DNA of 63,178 nucleotides, filler included. It is 8 parts of 8 records of this genome, joined end to end, with 100 filler letters (N's around TTAATTAATTAA, not from the genome) between each part and the next. Parts side by side here need not be neighbours in the genome. Positions count along the whole stretch, not along the records: positions 17,134 to 31,156 come from SRR31147125_75703; positions 31,257 to 38,049 come from SRR31147125_75851; positions 38,150 to 45,442 come from SRR31147125_75862; 5 more parts are not named here. One strand, given 5' to 3'. A program made the translations under genes and the position numbers. Shown piece by piece: positions 30,065 to 40,839 of this stretch (its first letter is position 1; every line of letters begins with the position of its first letter). Under the pieces are notes generated by a model. The model worked only from the letters and a program-made list of their open reading frames with translations, made no database searches and had not been told where the DNA came from.

Positions 30065-31156
30065 TCAGAGTATATCTATTATTTGTTGCATGATATCGGT
30101 AAAATAATCTCCGGTATAAGGTCCGAACCAGGACATTAACCGTGTTTCATAAGTATTGAGCTTGTAATACTGCGAAGGAGTGACATAACCCACATAACAA
30201 CCATTAAAACTGGTAATGGTTGGCTTGATCCCCTTGCTTTTTGCATGTTTTTTGACATGCAAAGCCAGTTCTCCACTGAATTCACCCGGGCTGCCAATGA
30301 TAACAAAATCATCCAGGGCCAGCACCTGCATATAGGAATCGCCTACATGGAAAATCTGGCGCGCCAGCCAGGGTGCGAGACGAATCCCGTCACTCACCCG
30401 CACCTGTAAATCGTGAATGGGAACAGGCAAACGAAAATATCTTAGCTCTAGGTCAGAACGAAATTCCGATTTTTCCAGATGTGTAAGGACGCTATCCGCC
30501 AAACCGAATCCAATATATTGAGCCCGCTCAAAATCTTTTCCCTCTCCACGGTGACTGTGACTTCCCAATCCTGCGGCCGCAAAAATAGCCGGACCGTTAA
30601 TAACCGATTCAACTTTTCGCTGAAAATAACCCGGGTAATCACCACTGAACGATAAATTTCTGGCCGATAATACGGTCGCATGAGCGGAATAGGTGGCCAA
30701 AAGAGCAATGACTTTATCCTGTCTCCAAAAGGACAGAAATACCAATTCTGCGTCTACTGTTCCATTTTCCTTGATTAACCGATTGCGAATATATCGTGGC
30801 GCGTCCAGGGATCCAACCGTATAATCAGCAGGTGCTGGATTCGCCAGCGCTTCACCAATGGCTGCTAATGTCCCGTTTATGATCGTTTTGTTACTACGAT
30901 CATCCGGCGCGCCGGAAAATTGTTCTTCAAGCCATCCCTGACCCCATCCGCCCGGCCCGGAATGGGTGTGGGTTGCTGTATATAAGAGTTGGTCCGGATT
31001 AAGACCAAACCGGACCTTGATACTATCCTCAATCTGTCTGGCCAGGGCCGCAGGCAATAAAAGCATATCATAGCCAACAATACATGCTAATTTGTTCTCG
31101 CTTTGAAGCACTATTGCTCGAACAAATAAACTATCATGTACTCCAACAGAGGGAGC
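30065..31156 (-). CDS. Neutral/alkaline ceramidase N-terminal-domain protein (5' partial)
   Basis: Motifs GVHDSLFVRA, ATHTHSGPG, YSAHAT, SGDYPG, PGEF and YVGYV. Confidence 0.8.
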   Translation of the reverse strand, partial: APSVGVHDSLFVRAIVLQSENKLACIVGYDMLLLPAALARQIEDSIKVRFGLNPDQLLYTATHTHSGPGGWGQGWLEEQFSGAPDDRSNKTIINGTLAAIGEALANPAPADYTVGSLDAPRYIRNRLIKENGTVDAELVFLSFWRQDKVIALLATYSAHATVLSARNLSFSGDYPGYFQRKVESVINGPAIFAAAGLGSHSHRGEGKDFERAQYIGFGLADSVLTHLEKSEFRSDLELRYFRLPVPIHDLQVRVSDGIRLAPWLARQIFHVGDSYMQVLALDDFVIIGSPGEFSGELALHVKKHAKSKGIKPTITSFNGCYVGYVTPSQYYKLNTYETRLMSWFGPYTGDYFTDIMQQIIDIL

Positions 31157-31667
31157 NNNNNNNNNNNNNNNNNNNNNNNNNNNNNNNNNNNNNNNNNNNN
31201 TTAATTAATTAANNNNNNNNNNNNNNNNNNNNNNNNNNNNNNNNNNNNNNNNNNNNTGTCAGGATAATTTCTGTTATCCTTTTTTTCATTGCATCCTCCT
31301 CACAGGAAAAAACCCTTTTGCCGATAAAAATAATATAAAAAAATTGTTACTATATCCCTTTGAAAACATTATTTTATTTCGAAACTTTTTCATGGAGTGT
31401 TGTACACGTTTTTTTTTAAAGGGCAAGCTACATTAGCACTACATAATTGCTACATTATTCCTACATTATCCCCTGCTCTGGATTCGTTGATCATGCCTGG
31501 ACGGCCTGGGAGGGAACCCCATGTCCCTGGCGGCCTGGAATATGCCGGGCTGGATTATGGGCAGGTGCTCAGAACGCAGTTGAACTGTCATATTCTATAG
31601 TATACGATGAAAACAGCGATTTACTTCAGATAACTGATCTTCAGGAGAGGATAATGGTCCATAAAGG

Positions 31668-32815
31668 ATGAGAGCATCGGCAATGTCCACAAAAATGCAG
31701 TCATGTAAAATATCCGCCTTTGCCCTGTATCTTGTGTTGATATGCAGCATCAATGCAACACCATTATTTGCATCCGAAAACAGGGCCCCAGGAACCAATA
31801 ATTATAATGTGGGATCAGAAAATAACCAGGCCGTACCAAAGGCCATGTCCCACACCCCGGTTAAAAAAAGGAGACATCACACCTTATATGGATAATAGGT
31901 GAAATCTCCCTTGCCGTCATTACCGCGGTTATACTTCTGACAATCTATAGCTGGCATTTAAGAACCGTCGTCTCAAGGAAGACCCAGGAACTGAAAAAAC
32001 TCAATACACACCTTGAGGATAAAGTCGAAGAGCGGACAGCAGAACTCAAAAAAAGCAAAGACGCTTACAAAACAATGTACGCTCAAGCAGAAGACGAAAG
32101 AAAACGGACAAAAGTCTCACTGGAATCCGAAAGAGAGGCCATCAAACAAAATTCAAATTTCATGGATATGATATCTCACGAATACCGCACCCCGCTGTCT
32201 GTGATCAGTTCGAGTATAGAGCTCATCAAAAAAAAATGTGAGTTGAGTGATTTCCGGCAGATAGACGGGCAGATCAGAAAGATGACTATATCCACTCAAA
32301 GGTTAATAGATATTTTTGAATCATCCCTTGGGAAAGACCGCCTGGACAACCTGGCGCCGCAACTGCAAATTGGCACCTTGAACCTTGTGCATATTATTCA
32401 TTCTGCCATGGAACTTGCAAAAACTGTATATGCGGATCATCAGATCATATTTAAAAACGAGCCCTATCCTGACATCCATATCACTGGAGATGAGAAACTC
32501 TTGGTTACAGTATTCAAAAATATTCTGGATAATGCCTGTAAGTATTCAACGCCTGACAAACCCATTTATATCCTGGTGAATTCTGACCAGGATCATGTGG
32601 AAGTACAAACCCTTGATTCCGGAATAGGTATTTATGAAGATGAAATCCGGTTCGTTTTTGAAAAATACTTCCGGTCAGAACATACAGGGAAAAAACAAGG
32701 CGCAGGACTTGGTCTTTTTCTGGTTAAAACAATTGTAGATATTCATAATGGAGATGTTAAATTAGAGTCGGAACGGAATATTGGCACTATAATGTCTGTT
32801 CTTTTACCCAGATGA
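31668..32815 (+). CDS. Sensor histidine kinase with a very short extracytoplasmic part; frameshift at A7 31863-31869
   Basis: Motifs SHEYRTPL, NILDNACKYS, DSGIGI and GAGLGL. The corrected frame gives TM-short loop-TM-coiled coil (LEDKVEERTAEL). Confidence 0.85.
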
Positions 32816-32830
32816 GAGAAACGTATAAAA

Positions 32831-33538
32831 ATGAGTAACCGTGTAATCTTTGTAGAAGATGATCTGTCTTTACGGGAAAATATTTGTGAACTCCTGAGGC
32901 TGGACGGCTTTGACGTGACCGATTGCGGCAGTGCCAAAGCATTTTTGGATCATATCAATACAAACCAGTTTAAAGTGGCCATAGTCGATATCGGACTGCC
33001 GGACAAATCAGGGTATGATCTGGCGCGTTATTTAAGAACAAATACAGATATGGGAATCATTATTCTCACGGCGCGTACCGGAATTGACAACAAAATACAA
33101 GGCTTCTCATCTGGTGCAGATTATTATTTTTCAAAACCTGTGGATTGCAGAGAACTCACCGCATCTATCAATAACCTGCTGTGCCGGCTCTCCTTTACAG
33201 ATCAAAATGGGGATGGCAACCCGATACAGAATAATTCATGGACACTCAGCTCAAACAGCTGGATGTTGATCTCACCGGATGGCATAGAAATCCGTCTTAC
33301 AACCAAAGAGAGTGCCTTTATCCGCCTGCTCCAAAAATATGAAAAAGACGGCGCGGGAAAAGAATATATACTTCAAGAACTTGGATATCTAAGTGAGGGT
33401 CCCTATGGAAGCCGTGCTCTCGGTGTTATGATCGCGAGACTCAGAAAGAAAATTAAAAATACCGTCGGAGAAAACGAATTAATAAAGACCGTTCATGGTT
33501 TTGGGTTTTTACTCGGAGAGAAATTGATTTCCTCCTGA
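32831..33538 (+). CDS. OmpR-family response regulator
   Basis: Receiver domain VEDD, VDIGLPD, ILTAR and GADYYFSKP; winged helix LTTKE, RLRKKI and IKTVHGFGF. Confidence 0.92.
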   Translation: MSNRVIFVEDDLSLRENICELLRLDGFDVTDCGSAKAFLDHINTNQFKVAIVDIGLPDKSGYDLARYLRTNTDMGIIILTARTGIDNKIQGFSSGADYYFSKPVDCRELTASINNLLCRLSFTDQNGDGNPIQNNSWTLSSNSWMLISPDGIEIRLTTKESAFIRLLQKYEKDGAGKEYILQELGYLSEGPYGSRALGVMIARLRKKIKNTVGENELIKTVHGFGFLLGEKLISS

Positions 33539-34228
33539 TATCTTCTTCATGGCCTTCCCGTCCACACGAATAGCGCTATAAAGTTCTTCTTGCGAACGGT
33601 GGGTGTGAATCATAAAGAAAAACAATCCGGCACACAGGGTAGCAATCAACTGGAAGAGCAGGTAGGCCCCCATATCTGGGCTTTTAAAGACATTGTAATG
33701 TTCGTTATCCATCAATAGTAAAACCAATCTGAAAGAAAGCCCCACAAAACGCATGAGAAAGAAGATGCCGCCTATAAGATATAATATCCGGCCCGTAGCC
33801 GGGTTAAACGAAAATAGAGTCTTGCATATAATAAAATTGAACGGTGTGATCGACAGAAGTAAAACAGCATACCGGATGGTAATATTATCGTCAACATAAT
33901 AAAAGTATAGGTTCAAAGGTACGACCAACAATAATAAAAGGTATGCATACCGCGGCAGGGTCTTGTCTTTTGTAAACCGCAATATTGCATCGGCGTAAAG
34001 CATTGATGCCAAGGGGGTAAATAATATGACAGCACCAACACAAATCCCTTCGCTGATCACCAGGCGTAAGAGTACGGCACCATATGTGCAAGAATAACAT
34101 ATTGTGGCCAGGGTCCAGCATCCAAATCCGTTATATGTCTTCTGGGTAAACCAAAATAATATGTATGCCGCCGAGTAAAATAACAATATATGCATTATAC
34201 ATATAAATATCGTTTGTAAATCAATCAA
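33509..34228 (-). CDS. Stand-alone polytopic (about 7 TM) membrane protein resembling N-terminal sensor regions of kinases/GGDEF proteins
   Basis: Seven hydrophobic segments with DLQTI and YNGFGCW, ending after HRSQEEL with no catalytic domain. Confidence 0.6.
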   Translation of the reverse strand: MIDLQTIFICIMHILLFYSAAYILFWFTQKTYNGFGCWTLATICYSCTYGAVLLRLVISEGICVGAVILFTPLASMLYADAILRFTKDKTLPRYAYLLLLLVVPLNLYFYYVDDNITIRYAVLLLSITPFNFIICKTLFSFNPATGRILYLIGGIFFLMRFVGLSFRLVLLLMDNEHYNVFKSPDMGAYLLFQLIATLCAGLFFFMIHTHRSQEELYSAIRVDGKAMKKISGGNQFLSE

Positions 34229-34383
34229 TCAATCGATCAAAACCCCGCTAAATATGAAAAAATAGTAAATTTTTTATATAGTTCTACAGTATTATCCCTT
34301 AATTTAAAAGATGTATTCTCATGATATAAGGACGGGATGATCCCACTTTTTTATCCTTAGCCTGGGCCGCAAATTCCTCAAGT

Positions 34384-35382
34384 TTAAAGGACCGGTCTGA
34401 ACAGGGTCTTGGGGCCGTCGGGCACGGCAAGTATGTCTCCCTGTTCCAGAAGATGCTTGAGGGTGACCGTGATCCAGCCGCCGAGCAGGGCCCGGCCCAG
34501 GCGCCTGCCCGGATAGATCCGGTGGTAGATCCCCTGGAAGGAAAGTCCCCGGGTGCCTGCCCCTGCAATAATCTCCAACACCTGGGCCGTACGGCGGTTG
34601 CGATGATCAATGGCCGCCTGGAGGCGTGTCTGGGGATCGGTGATGGGGCTGCCGTGGGCCGGCAGGATAAGCCTTAGGCCCTGCAGGTTTTTCAGGCGCT
34701 CAAGGCTGTTCAGGTAAAGGGCGAGATTTGATTTGGGCGGTCCCAGCCAGGTGGTGACGGTCCTCAAAATCATGTCCCCGGATAAAAGGATCCCCCTGGC
34801 CGGGTTGTAGAGGGCGATATCATCATCGCTGTGGCCGGGCACCGGGATAATCTGCCAGGTCTCCCCGCTGATCCTGAGACGGCCCTTTTCATCCAGGGGA
34901 CGGATCCGGCCGGATACGAACCCCACGGAAAAAAGCCGGAGGAAAATCTCGTTGAGCAAATGGTTCCGGACCTTGTAAAAGGGGGCAAGGCATGGGGAGC
35001 CAGGGCGATGGGTCCGCTTTTCCCAGAAAAAATGTTTGTAGTTTTCTTTGGATCCGATTTTAAAGGCCTGGCGCCGGGTGGCGAGGATTTCCAGGTCCAG
35101 GTGCTCCTGGAGAAACCAGAGGCCTGAAAAATGATCCCAGTGGCCGTGGCTGATCATGGCCCGGGTGACGGTGCAACATTCCCCCCGGGCGGCCATGGTC
35201 GTTGAAACCTGCGGGATGGCGGAGGCCAATAACTTAAGCGCGCCGGGCCTGCCGTAGCCCGAGTCAAAGACCAGACCGTCCCTGCCGGCAATCACATAGA
35301 AATTGACCGAAGACTTGAATGGCTTAGGTCCCAAGGCCTGGGTAATCCTGAATATCCCTGGTGCCGGTTCACTTATGGGCAT
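34384..35382 (-). CDS. MBL-fold metallo-hydrolase
   Basis: Motifs SHGHWDH, PGHS, SGD and LPAHG. Confidence 0.9.
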   Translation of the reverse strand: MPISEPAPGIFRITQALGPKPFKSSVNFYVIAGRDGLVFDSGYGRPGALKLLASAIPQVSTTMAARGECCTVTRAMISHGHWDHFSGLWFLQEHLDLEILATRRQAFKIGSKENYKHFFWEKRTHRPGSPCLAPFYKVRNHLLNEIFLRLFSVGFVSGRIRPLDEKGRLRISGETWQIIPVPGHSDDDIALYNPARGILLSGDMILRTVTTWLGPPKSNLALYLNSLERLKNLQGLRLILPAHGSPITDPQTRLQAAIDHRNRRTAQVLEIIAGAGTRGLSFQGIYHRIYPGRRLGRALLGGWITVTLKHLLEQGDILAVPDGPKTLFRPVL

Positions 35383-35938
35383 GGATTCTCATCCCTCCTG
35401 GTCTGTTTAGTCATGATAGACTCAGCAGGGATATAATCCTGATGCGCCCCAAATGCAACCCCTTCCCGGGTATGGTCTTCATGATCAGGGAAAAACACCT
35501 CCCTTTCGGCACCTCGCCTTCAATCATGTTCAGGACCTCGTACCCTGTCTGATTATAACGAATTTGCGGCCGGTGTTCTGTATCCCGATGATATCGGGAA
35601 TCCCGTTAAACACAGGGTCGAGGATATGATTCTCCTCTTTGAATTTACCCCAACATTAGGGGGATTCTTTCTTTCCAGATTCAGCTTTTCCAAGCCCTGA
35701 ACCCGTCTTTTTGGTTCAACCCATCAGGCATTCCAAACAAAGGGGCTCTTTTCTTGACAAAACGCCTCGTCCTATCCTATTCTTGGACATCTGCATGACA
35801 GACTCCAGCGACTTTAACCGAGAACAATCCAGCCATTCTGTATTTCAAAGGCCGTCATGGGACCTAAAAAAACAACGGGGAGGTCATAACGATCTCCATT
35901 TTACTAAGTATACCGTTTACGGCAAGGAGTACAAACCA

Positions 35939-37497
35939 ATGATGCACCTAAATCTGACAGCCATGGTATGCCTCTGGGGCGCCCTTGTATTTTCTCCTCC
36001 CGCCTTTGCCTGTGTGGAGGTGATTTCCCGGGAGACCTTGATCAATCACAATACAAACTTTGACTGTGAGCTTCTTTTCATTGATCAGGGGCGTCTCATT
36101 GTTCAAGAAGGTGTCACCGTCAAAATCTCAGGGCCGGTCACGGCGGAGCGCAAAGAAATTTTCACCGGCCCGGGTCTGGTAGAGCTCACAGGATCCCATT
36201 TCCCCCTTGCCTTTCCGGAATGGTTCGGTGCGGACGCCGGTGGCGTAACAGATAGCAGCCTATCTTTTCAAAAAGCGGTGGACGCCCTCGTCAATGGCGG
36301 CACGCTCTTGGGTGATCCAGATGCAGTCTATCGATTACAAGAGGACGTAACCATTCGAAACAATCATACCATATTCAACATGGGAAACGCCCTGATCAAG
36401 GGAACCAGCATAAAAAAATCCGTTGTGACGGTGATTTTGATGGCCATGAACCAGGGGACTGGTCCACAGCGTTAAAGGGGTGCATTGTAAAAAATATACG
36501 CCTTGGGGACGCCAATGATTCTCAAAACCGGTTCGGCGGGGTCGCTCTGCGATGGTGCATGGGATGCGGGGTCGAAAACATTGTCAAAAAAGGAGAAACC
36601 GGCAGCTTCAGCATGAGCGTATGCCGGGATAGCTTTTTTAAAAATATTGAAAACTACGGAAGCCATCCGACCCGGCCCAAAATCGGGTTCCTCCTCCACA
36701 TGACCTGGAACGCCCTTGTCGACAATTGCCATGCCAAAGACGGCCCCTTTGTTTACGGATTCCAGGTCAAAGGAGGAGAGAATGCCACAATTATCAACGC
36801 CTCCGCCACAGACCTTGTCGTCACCTCCGACCATGAGGATGCGGTCATACCGAAAATAGCATTCAGGGATCGTGGCGATGCCCCATGGAAAGCCTCTGCA
36901 ACCGCCGACGGAAGTCTCACCTATCCTTTTGCCGATAAATCCTGGAATGAGCCGGACATCAGACGAGCCTCCCATAACACCCGGTTCGTCAATCTATCCG
37001 TAATCAATGCCCCCAATGCCACGGCCTATAAAGTGCAGGAGGCCATGGGAGCCCGCTTCCATAATGTCACGGCACACCATGTCAGAATGGGGCTTACCTT
37101 TATACGGGCCGTCAACGGCGAGGCGTCGGACTTCCGGGTCGATAACTTTCTCATTGAAGAAAGCCTGGCAGGTGCCATCTCCATTAAATCAAACGATGGG
37201 GCCCCCCTGACCAATGTACATCTGAAATCCGGAGAAATCCTCTCTGATAATCCGGGAATCACACTCAACAACACAGAGAGCATATGTTTCGCCTCCATCA
37301 GTATAAATGGCAATGATCTGCAATCCAGCGACCTGACAGAAGAAAACACCTCAGGTACCGGCATCACCCGATGTGAATGGGATCTTGACTGTGACAGGGA
37401 CGTGGACGGTTCAGATCTTGGAACATATGCGAGAGGATATTATGAAAGCCTTGAAGGATTCGCCCATGCCTTTGGCAAAGCGGGGTGCAGTGAGTAG
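35939..37497 (+). CDS. Secreted beta-helix (pectate-lyase-3/tailspike-like) protein with a C-terminal dockerin-like Ca motif; frameshift at A7 36412-36418
   Basis: Signal peptide (AFA-C), PEWFGADAGGVTDSSLSFQKAVD, beta-helix-like repeats and terminal WDLDCDRDVDGSDL. Confidence 0.65.
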
Positions 37498-37590
37498 CCC
37501 CTTCCGGTCAGGGCGTCTGCCCCTGCCCATCTATTATTCCTTGGGATATACCTGAGGATATAGAAGCTTAGACCATAGACACCATAAAAA

Positions 37591-37630
37591 CACTGTCCCC
37601 AGCGCCCTGATACAGGGTCTGGGGACAGTG
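37591..37630. terminator. Strong hairpin between convergent genes
   Basis: CACTGTCCCCAG..CCCTG-ATA-CAGGG..CTGGGGACAGTG, with an A tract on its left (U tract on the minus strand). Confidence 0.7.
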
Positions 37631-37659
37631 AGTCATAAAACGACAGCCTTATATCTGAA

Positions 37660-37854
37660 TCAAACCGGAGGGGTTCCCTCTTTGAATTCTGTGAGGATTT
37701 TTTCTCTGAATTCGGGAGTATCCTCATACCCGTGTACTTTTGCACCATGTTGGACAACAGCCTCCAGCAACTCTTCTTTTGAGTCTGCAGAAAGCGCAAC
37801 AGAACATTTGACATCTCCGGGATAATCCCGACAATCAATATAAAAACGTGCCAT
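37660..37854 (-). CDS. DUF1059-family small metal-binding protein
   Basis: Pattern IDCRDYPGDVKC..ADSKEELLEAVVQHGAKVHG. Confidence 0.85.
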   Translation of the reverse strand: MARFYIDCRDYPGDVKCSVALSADSKEELLEAVVQHGAKVHGYEDTPEFREKILTEFKEGTPPV

Positions 37855-37944
37855 GATTGTTCCCCTATTATATTTTTAATCTAATGTTTGGAAAAACCGG
37901 CTCAGCTGCAGCTTTTAATCTCAATCGCGCACAGGGCTACTTAC

Positions 37945-37975
37945 CATATAGTTGCCACAATGTGGTACTTGTCAA
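37945..37975 (-). promoter_or_regulatory. Candidate promoter with a dyad in the spacer
   Basis: Minus strand TTGACA-19 bp-TATATG. The spacer contains TACCACA-T-TGTGGCA. Confidence 0.4.
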
Positions 37976-38149
37976 GCATCCCATGGGAATTATGCCTTTC
38001 TCCACGACTTGGATCCCCTGCCCCTGGCGAAGCGTTCCGGTTTCAAATTNNNNNNNNNNNNNNNNNNNNNNNNNNNNNNNNNNNNNNNNNNNNTTAATTA
38101 ATTAANNNNNNNNNNNNNNNNNNNNNNNNNNNNNNNNNNNNNNNNNNNN

Positions 38150-38979
38150 AGAAGCAAAAATACGCCGATGCCGAAAATCCTGAGATCGCTTTTGATGAAG
38201 CCGATCATGTCGTCCGCAATCATGGAGATGCCGCCCAAGAAAATCTTGGCAACGGAACGGTATCGCCCAAGAATCGAACGAATCTGCGCGATGTTTCGAT
38301 GCTGGACTTCATTCATCCGGATTTGGCGAGTCCGGATTTCCTCTATCACGGTATCCAACCGTTGGGATTCCTGTGTGGATAGGCTCCCCTCTTCAACCTT
38401 GCGATCCAGATAGCCGTTTCGTTCGGCGATCAGCCCCATGTAGGCCGGATCTGATTTGATATTGACCACGATGGCCGTGGTGCCCATGTCTGGACTGACC
38501 AGCAGGTCGCGGTAAAAAGGACTTTCTCGCAGCTCGATTTTCGCCAGTCGTTTATCGATGGTCGGTGATTTCAGGCTGGGAATTTCCTTGGAGATGTCCG
38601 CATAGGAGATGGGCGGGCTCTCCAATAGCGGCACATCCAAAATGGTGAGGACGGATTCGACCCAATCCATCGATTGGAGTTCGTCCCGCAGGCGGCCAAG
38701 GGCGTCGAGGTTTTGATTTGCAAGCAGATCTCCTTGCAAGGGGGTGAAGGAAACGAGTAGAAAGTCGCGAACCCCATATCGCTCGCCGACTTGCCGGGCG
38801 TAGCGTAAATCCGCATCATTTTCCAGCAGGATGGCATCCGCCGACGCGTCGATCCTGAAGTCCTTGGCCTTGTATCCCAATACGGCAATGAGAATCATCA
38901 GGCAGATCAGGACCCGCACGGGATGATCCAAAACGATTTTGCCGTACCAGCGGTTGAATGATCGAAATATTTCTTCCAT
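38150..38979 (-). CDS. MMPL/RND-family transporter (3' partial)
   Basis: N-terminal TM, FRIDASAD, SVLTILDVPL, LVSPD..TTAI and GGISMIADDMIGFIKSDL. Confidence 0.85.
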
Positions 38980-39376
38980 TGGAGCAGAACTCCTTGTATT
39001 CGTGACGAACAATATATTTTAAAAAGAGAACAGATCCCGGCCATACTTTCATGCTCTCCGATTTAATGTCAATAGGATGTCTTATTGACCAACCCTTCTA
39101 TCAGGTAATAACAGCTGGAACGTTGAGGGCGCGTGCAGATCAAAATACATTTGAAACGAATCGTTCAGGGGGGGTAAGGCACCCAGAGCATAACGGTCTT
39201 GGTGCCATTTGCAGTGGGTGGGGTAAGGGGGCAAGCTCCCCGAAGGAATACCGTCAAATTAGGAGTGAATTAAAAACCAATATAAGTTAAGGTTGGACTT
39301 GCGCTTCAAGCGCCATTCGCAGAAGGAATGAATTAGACTGCCGAATATAGAAAGTAGGGTCAGATATTTAGCTGAG

Positions 39377-39512
39377 ATCAAGGCGCACGAAAGGCCTTAC
39401 CGCAGGCGCTCCGCAGGAAGTGCCCTCGGGGTGCATATGATTGAGGTTCCGAGGATAAATTTTTTCGTGGGACATCGATATCGGGTAAATTGGTCATTCG
39501 TGGATGGACACT
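39377..39512. repeat. Intergenic palindromic MITE/REP-like element
   Basis: ATCAAGGC..CACGAAA/TTTCGTG inverted pair..GATATCGG..GTGGATGGACACT. Shares its framing motifs with 45543-45645. Confidence 0.45.
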
Positions 39513-39521
39513 GCCTAAATC

Positions 39522-39998
39522 CTAAGACTTGTCTTTATAGGTGCGTTTGATACTCTCCATGAGCGCATGGAATTGGTCGCTTTGTTCCTTTAGTGAATTA
39601 TTAAGATGCTGAAACAGCTCGGTATGACCAAGCCCCTCTTGGCTCAGTAAATCACGCAGTCCGTTAATGGTCGTTTGCTGCTGCTTTATTTTCTCTTCGA
39701 GAGCGGCACATTTTTCAAGGACTTGCTGGTGCTCGGTTTGGGTGACCCAGCCCCATTGTGCGGCAAGTTGGGTGAAGGCCTGCTGAAAATCAGCGATAGA
39801 TTGTTGCCAAATTTGTGCGTTCTGAACGTCTTTGGCTTTCGGTTGTTCCAGACCGTAACAACGCCGAAACAGTTCGCTCAGATCACTGACACCAGTAAAT
39901 CCCTGTTTCATCCAGGCGGTCATATCCTCGAGCTGTTTTTGCCCCTGGGCAACGTTGGTGAAAAAGTTTCCCCAGAACTCATAAAATTGCCGATTCAT
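39522..39998 (-). CDS. Coiled-coil hypothetical protein, possibly PHA-granule associated (PhaE-like features)
   Basis: Amphipathic W/F/Q-rich N-terminus and a coiled coil (LEEKIKQQQTTI); downstream of the phasin-like gene. Confidence 0.5.
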   Translation of the reverse strand: MNRQFYEFWGNFFTNVAQGQKQLEDMTAWMKQGFTGVSDLSELFRRCYGLEQPKAKDVQNAQIWQQSIADFQQAFTQLAAQWGWVTQTEHQQVLEKCAALEEKIKQQQTTINGLRDLLSQEGLGHTELFQHLNNSLKEQSDQFHALMESIKRTYKDKS

Positions 39999-40212
39999 CG
40001 GTGCACACCATTTTTACCGGGATCCGTTCCGGCCCGAGTTTTAGGTCAAGACCTAATTAATTACAATGCGGATTGTGTTGGTTTCTTTTGTTTCGTGGTC
40101 ACGGCAGCGGTTTCGTTGAAAAATTGCTTTTTGATGGGCACGCTGATCTCCCCTCGGATTCGTCCCTTTAAGGCGGCCGTATTAGCCGCCCATCAAGGAC
40201 ATCCTGAATTTG

Positions 40213-40470
40213 CTATTTTTCAAAATATGTTTCAACCTTTGCGTAGTTATCATCGACTTGTTTTTTTAACTCACTGCATCCGGTTCGATAGGCCGACATC
40301 CAATCTCTAATGGCCTTTTTACCCTCTTCCGGCATCCAGGCGGCCTGACCGAGAAAGGTGTCAACCATTTTTTCGTTCTGCTCGTAAACCATGGTCATGG
40401 CGTTAAAGCTGTTTTCAAAGATAGTTTTGTTGAACTGAACCATCTGTTTTGTGATCTGTGTGTTGTCCAC
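40213..40470 (-). CDS. Phasin-like small helical protein
   Basis: KQMVQFNKTIFENSFNAM..QNEKM..WMPEEGKK..W. GTG start with RBS GGAGG. Confidence 0.6.
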   Translation of the reverse strand: MDNTQITKQMVQFNKTIFENSFNAMTMVYEQNEKMVDTFLGQAAWMPEEGKKAIRDWMSAYRTGCSELKKQVDDNYAKVETYFEK

Positions 40471-40544
40471 TTGAAATCCTCCATTTAAATTATTGGGGTT
40501 AGTCCCCCTGTCATTAAGGTTGCGTGGGTTGCCACCTGGTGCTA

Positions 40545-40700
40545 AATATAGGTTTATAGGATCACCTTGTCAATTAAAACTTGTTGCATTGCACAATATT
40601 AAAAAATGAGCATATGAAAGCTTATATACATCTTTTTTAAAGATGTTATTTCTATTATTTAAAAGCAACTTAAATCTTTATAATATTGCGCCACAATATT
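40545..40700 (-). promoter_or_regulatory. Sigma70 promoter with two PhaR-like boxes
   Basis: Minus strand TTGACA (40573-40568)-17 bp-TATATT. Boxes TTGTTGCATTGCACAA (40581-40596) and AATATTGCGCCACAATATT (40682-40700). Confidence 0.6.
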
Positions 40701-40839
40701 TATCCATCAAACGCTTATTTGGCACCGAACGGGAAATAGTCAGTCGATGATATCGACTATCGCGATGGCTCTAATCGCAAATTGAACATTTTCAAACCAC
40801 CGCCAAAAATGGACAACCAGATGTTGGAAAGTTAACCGG

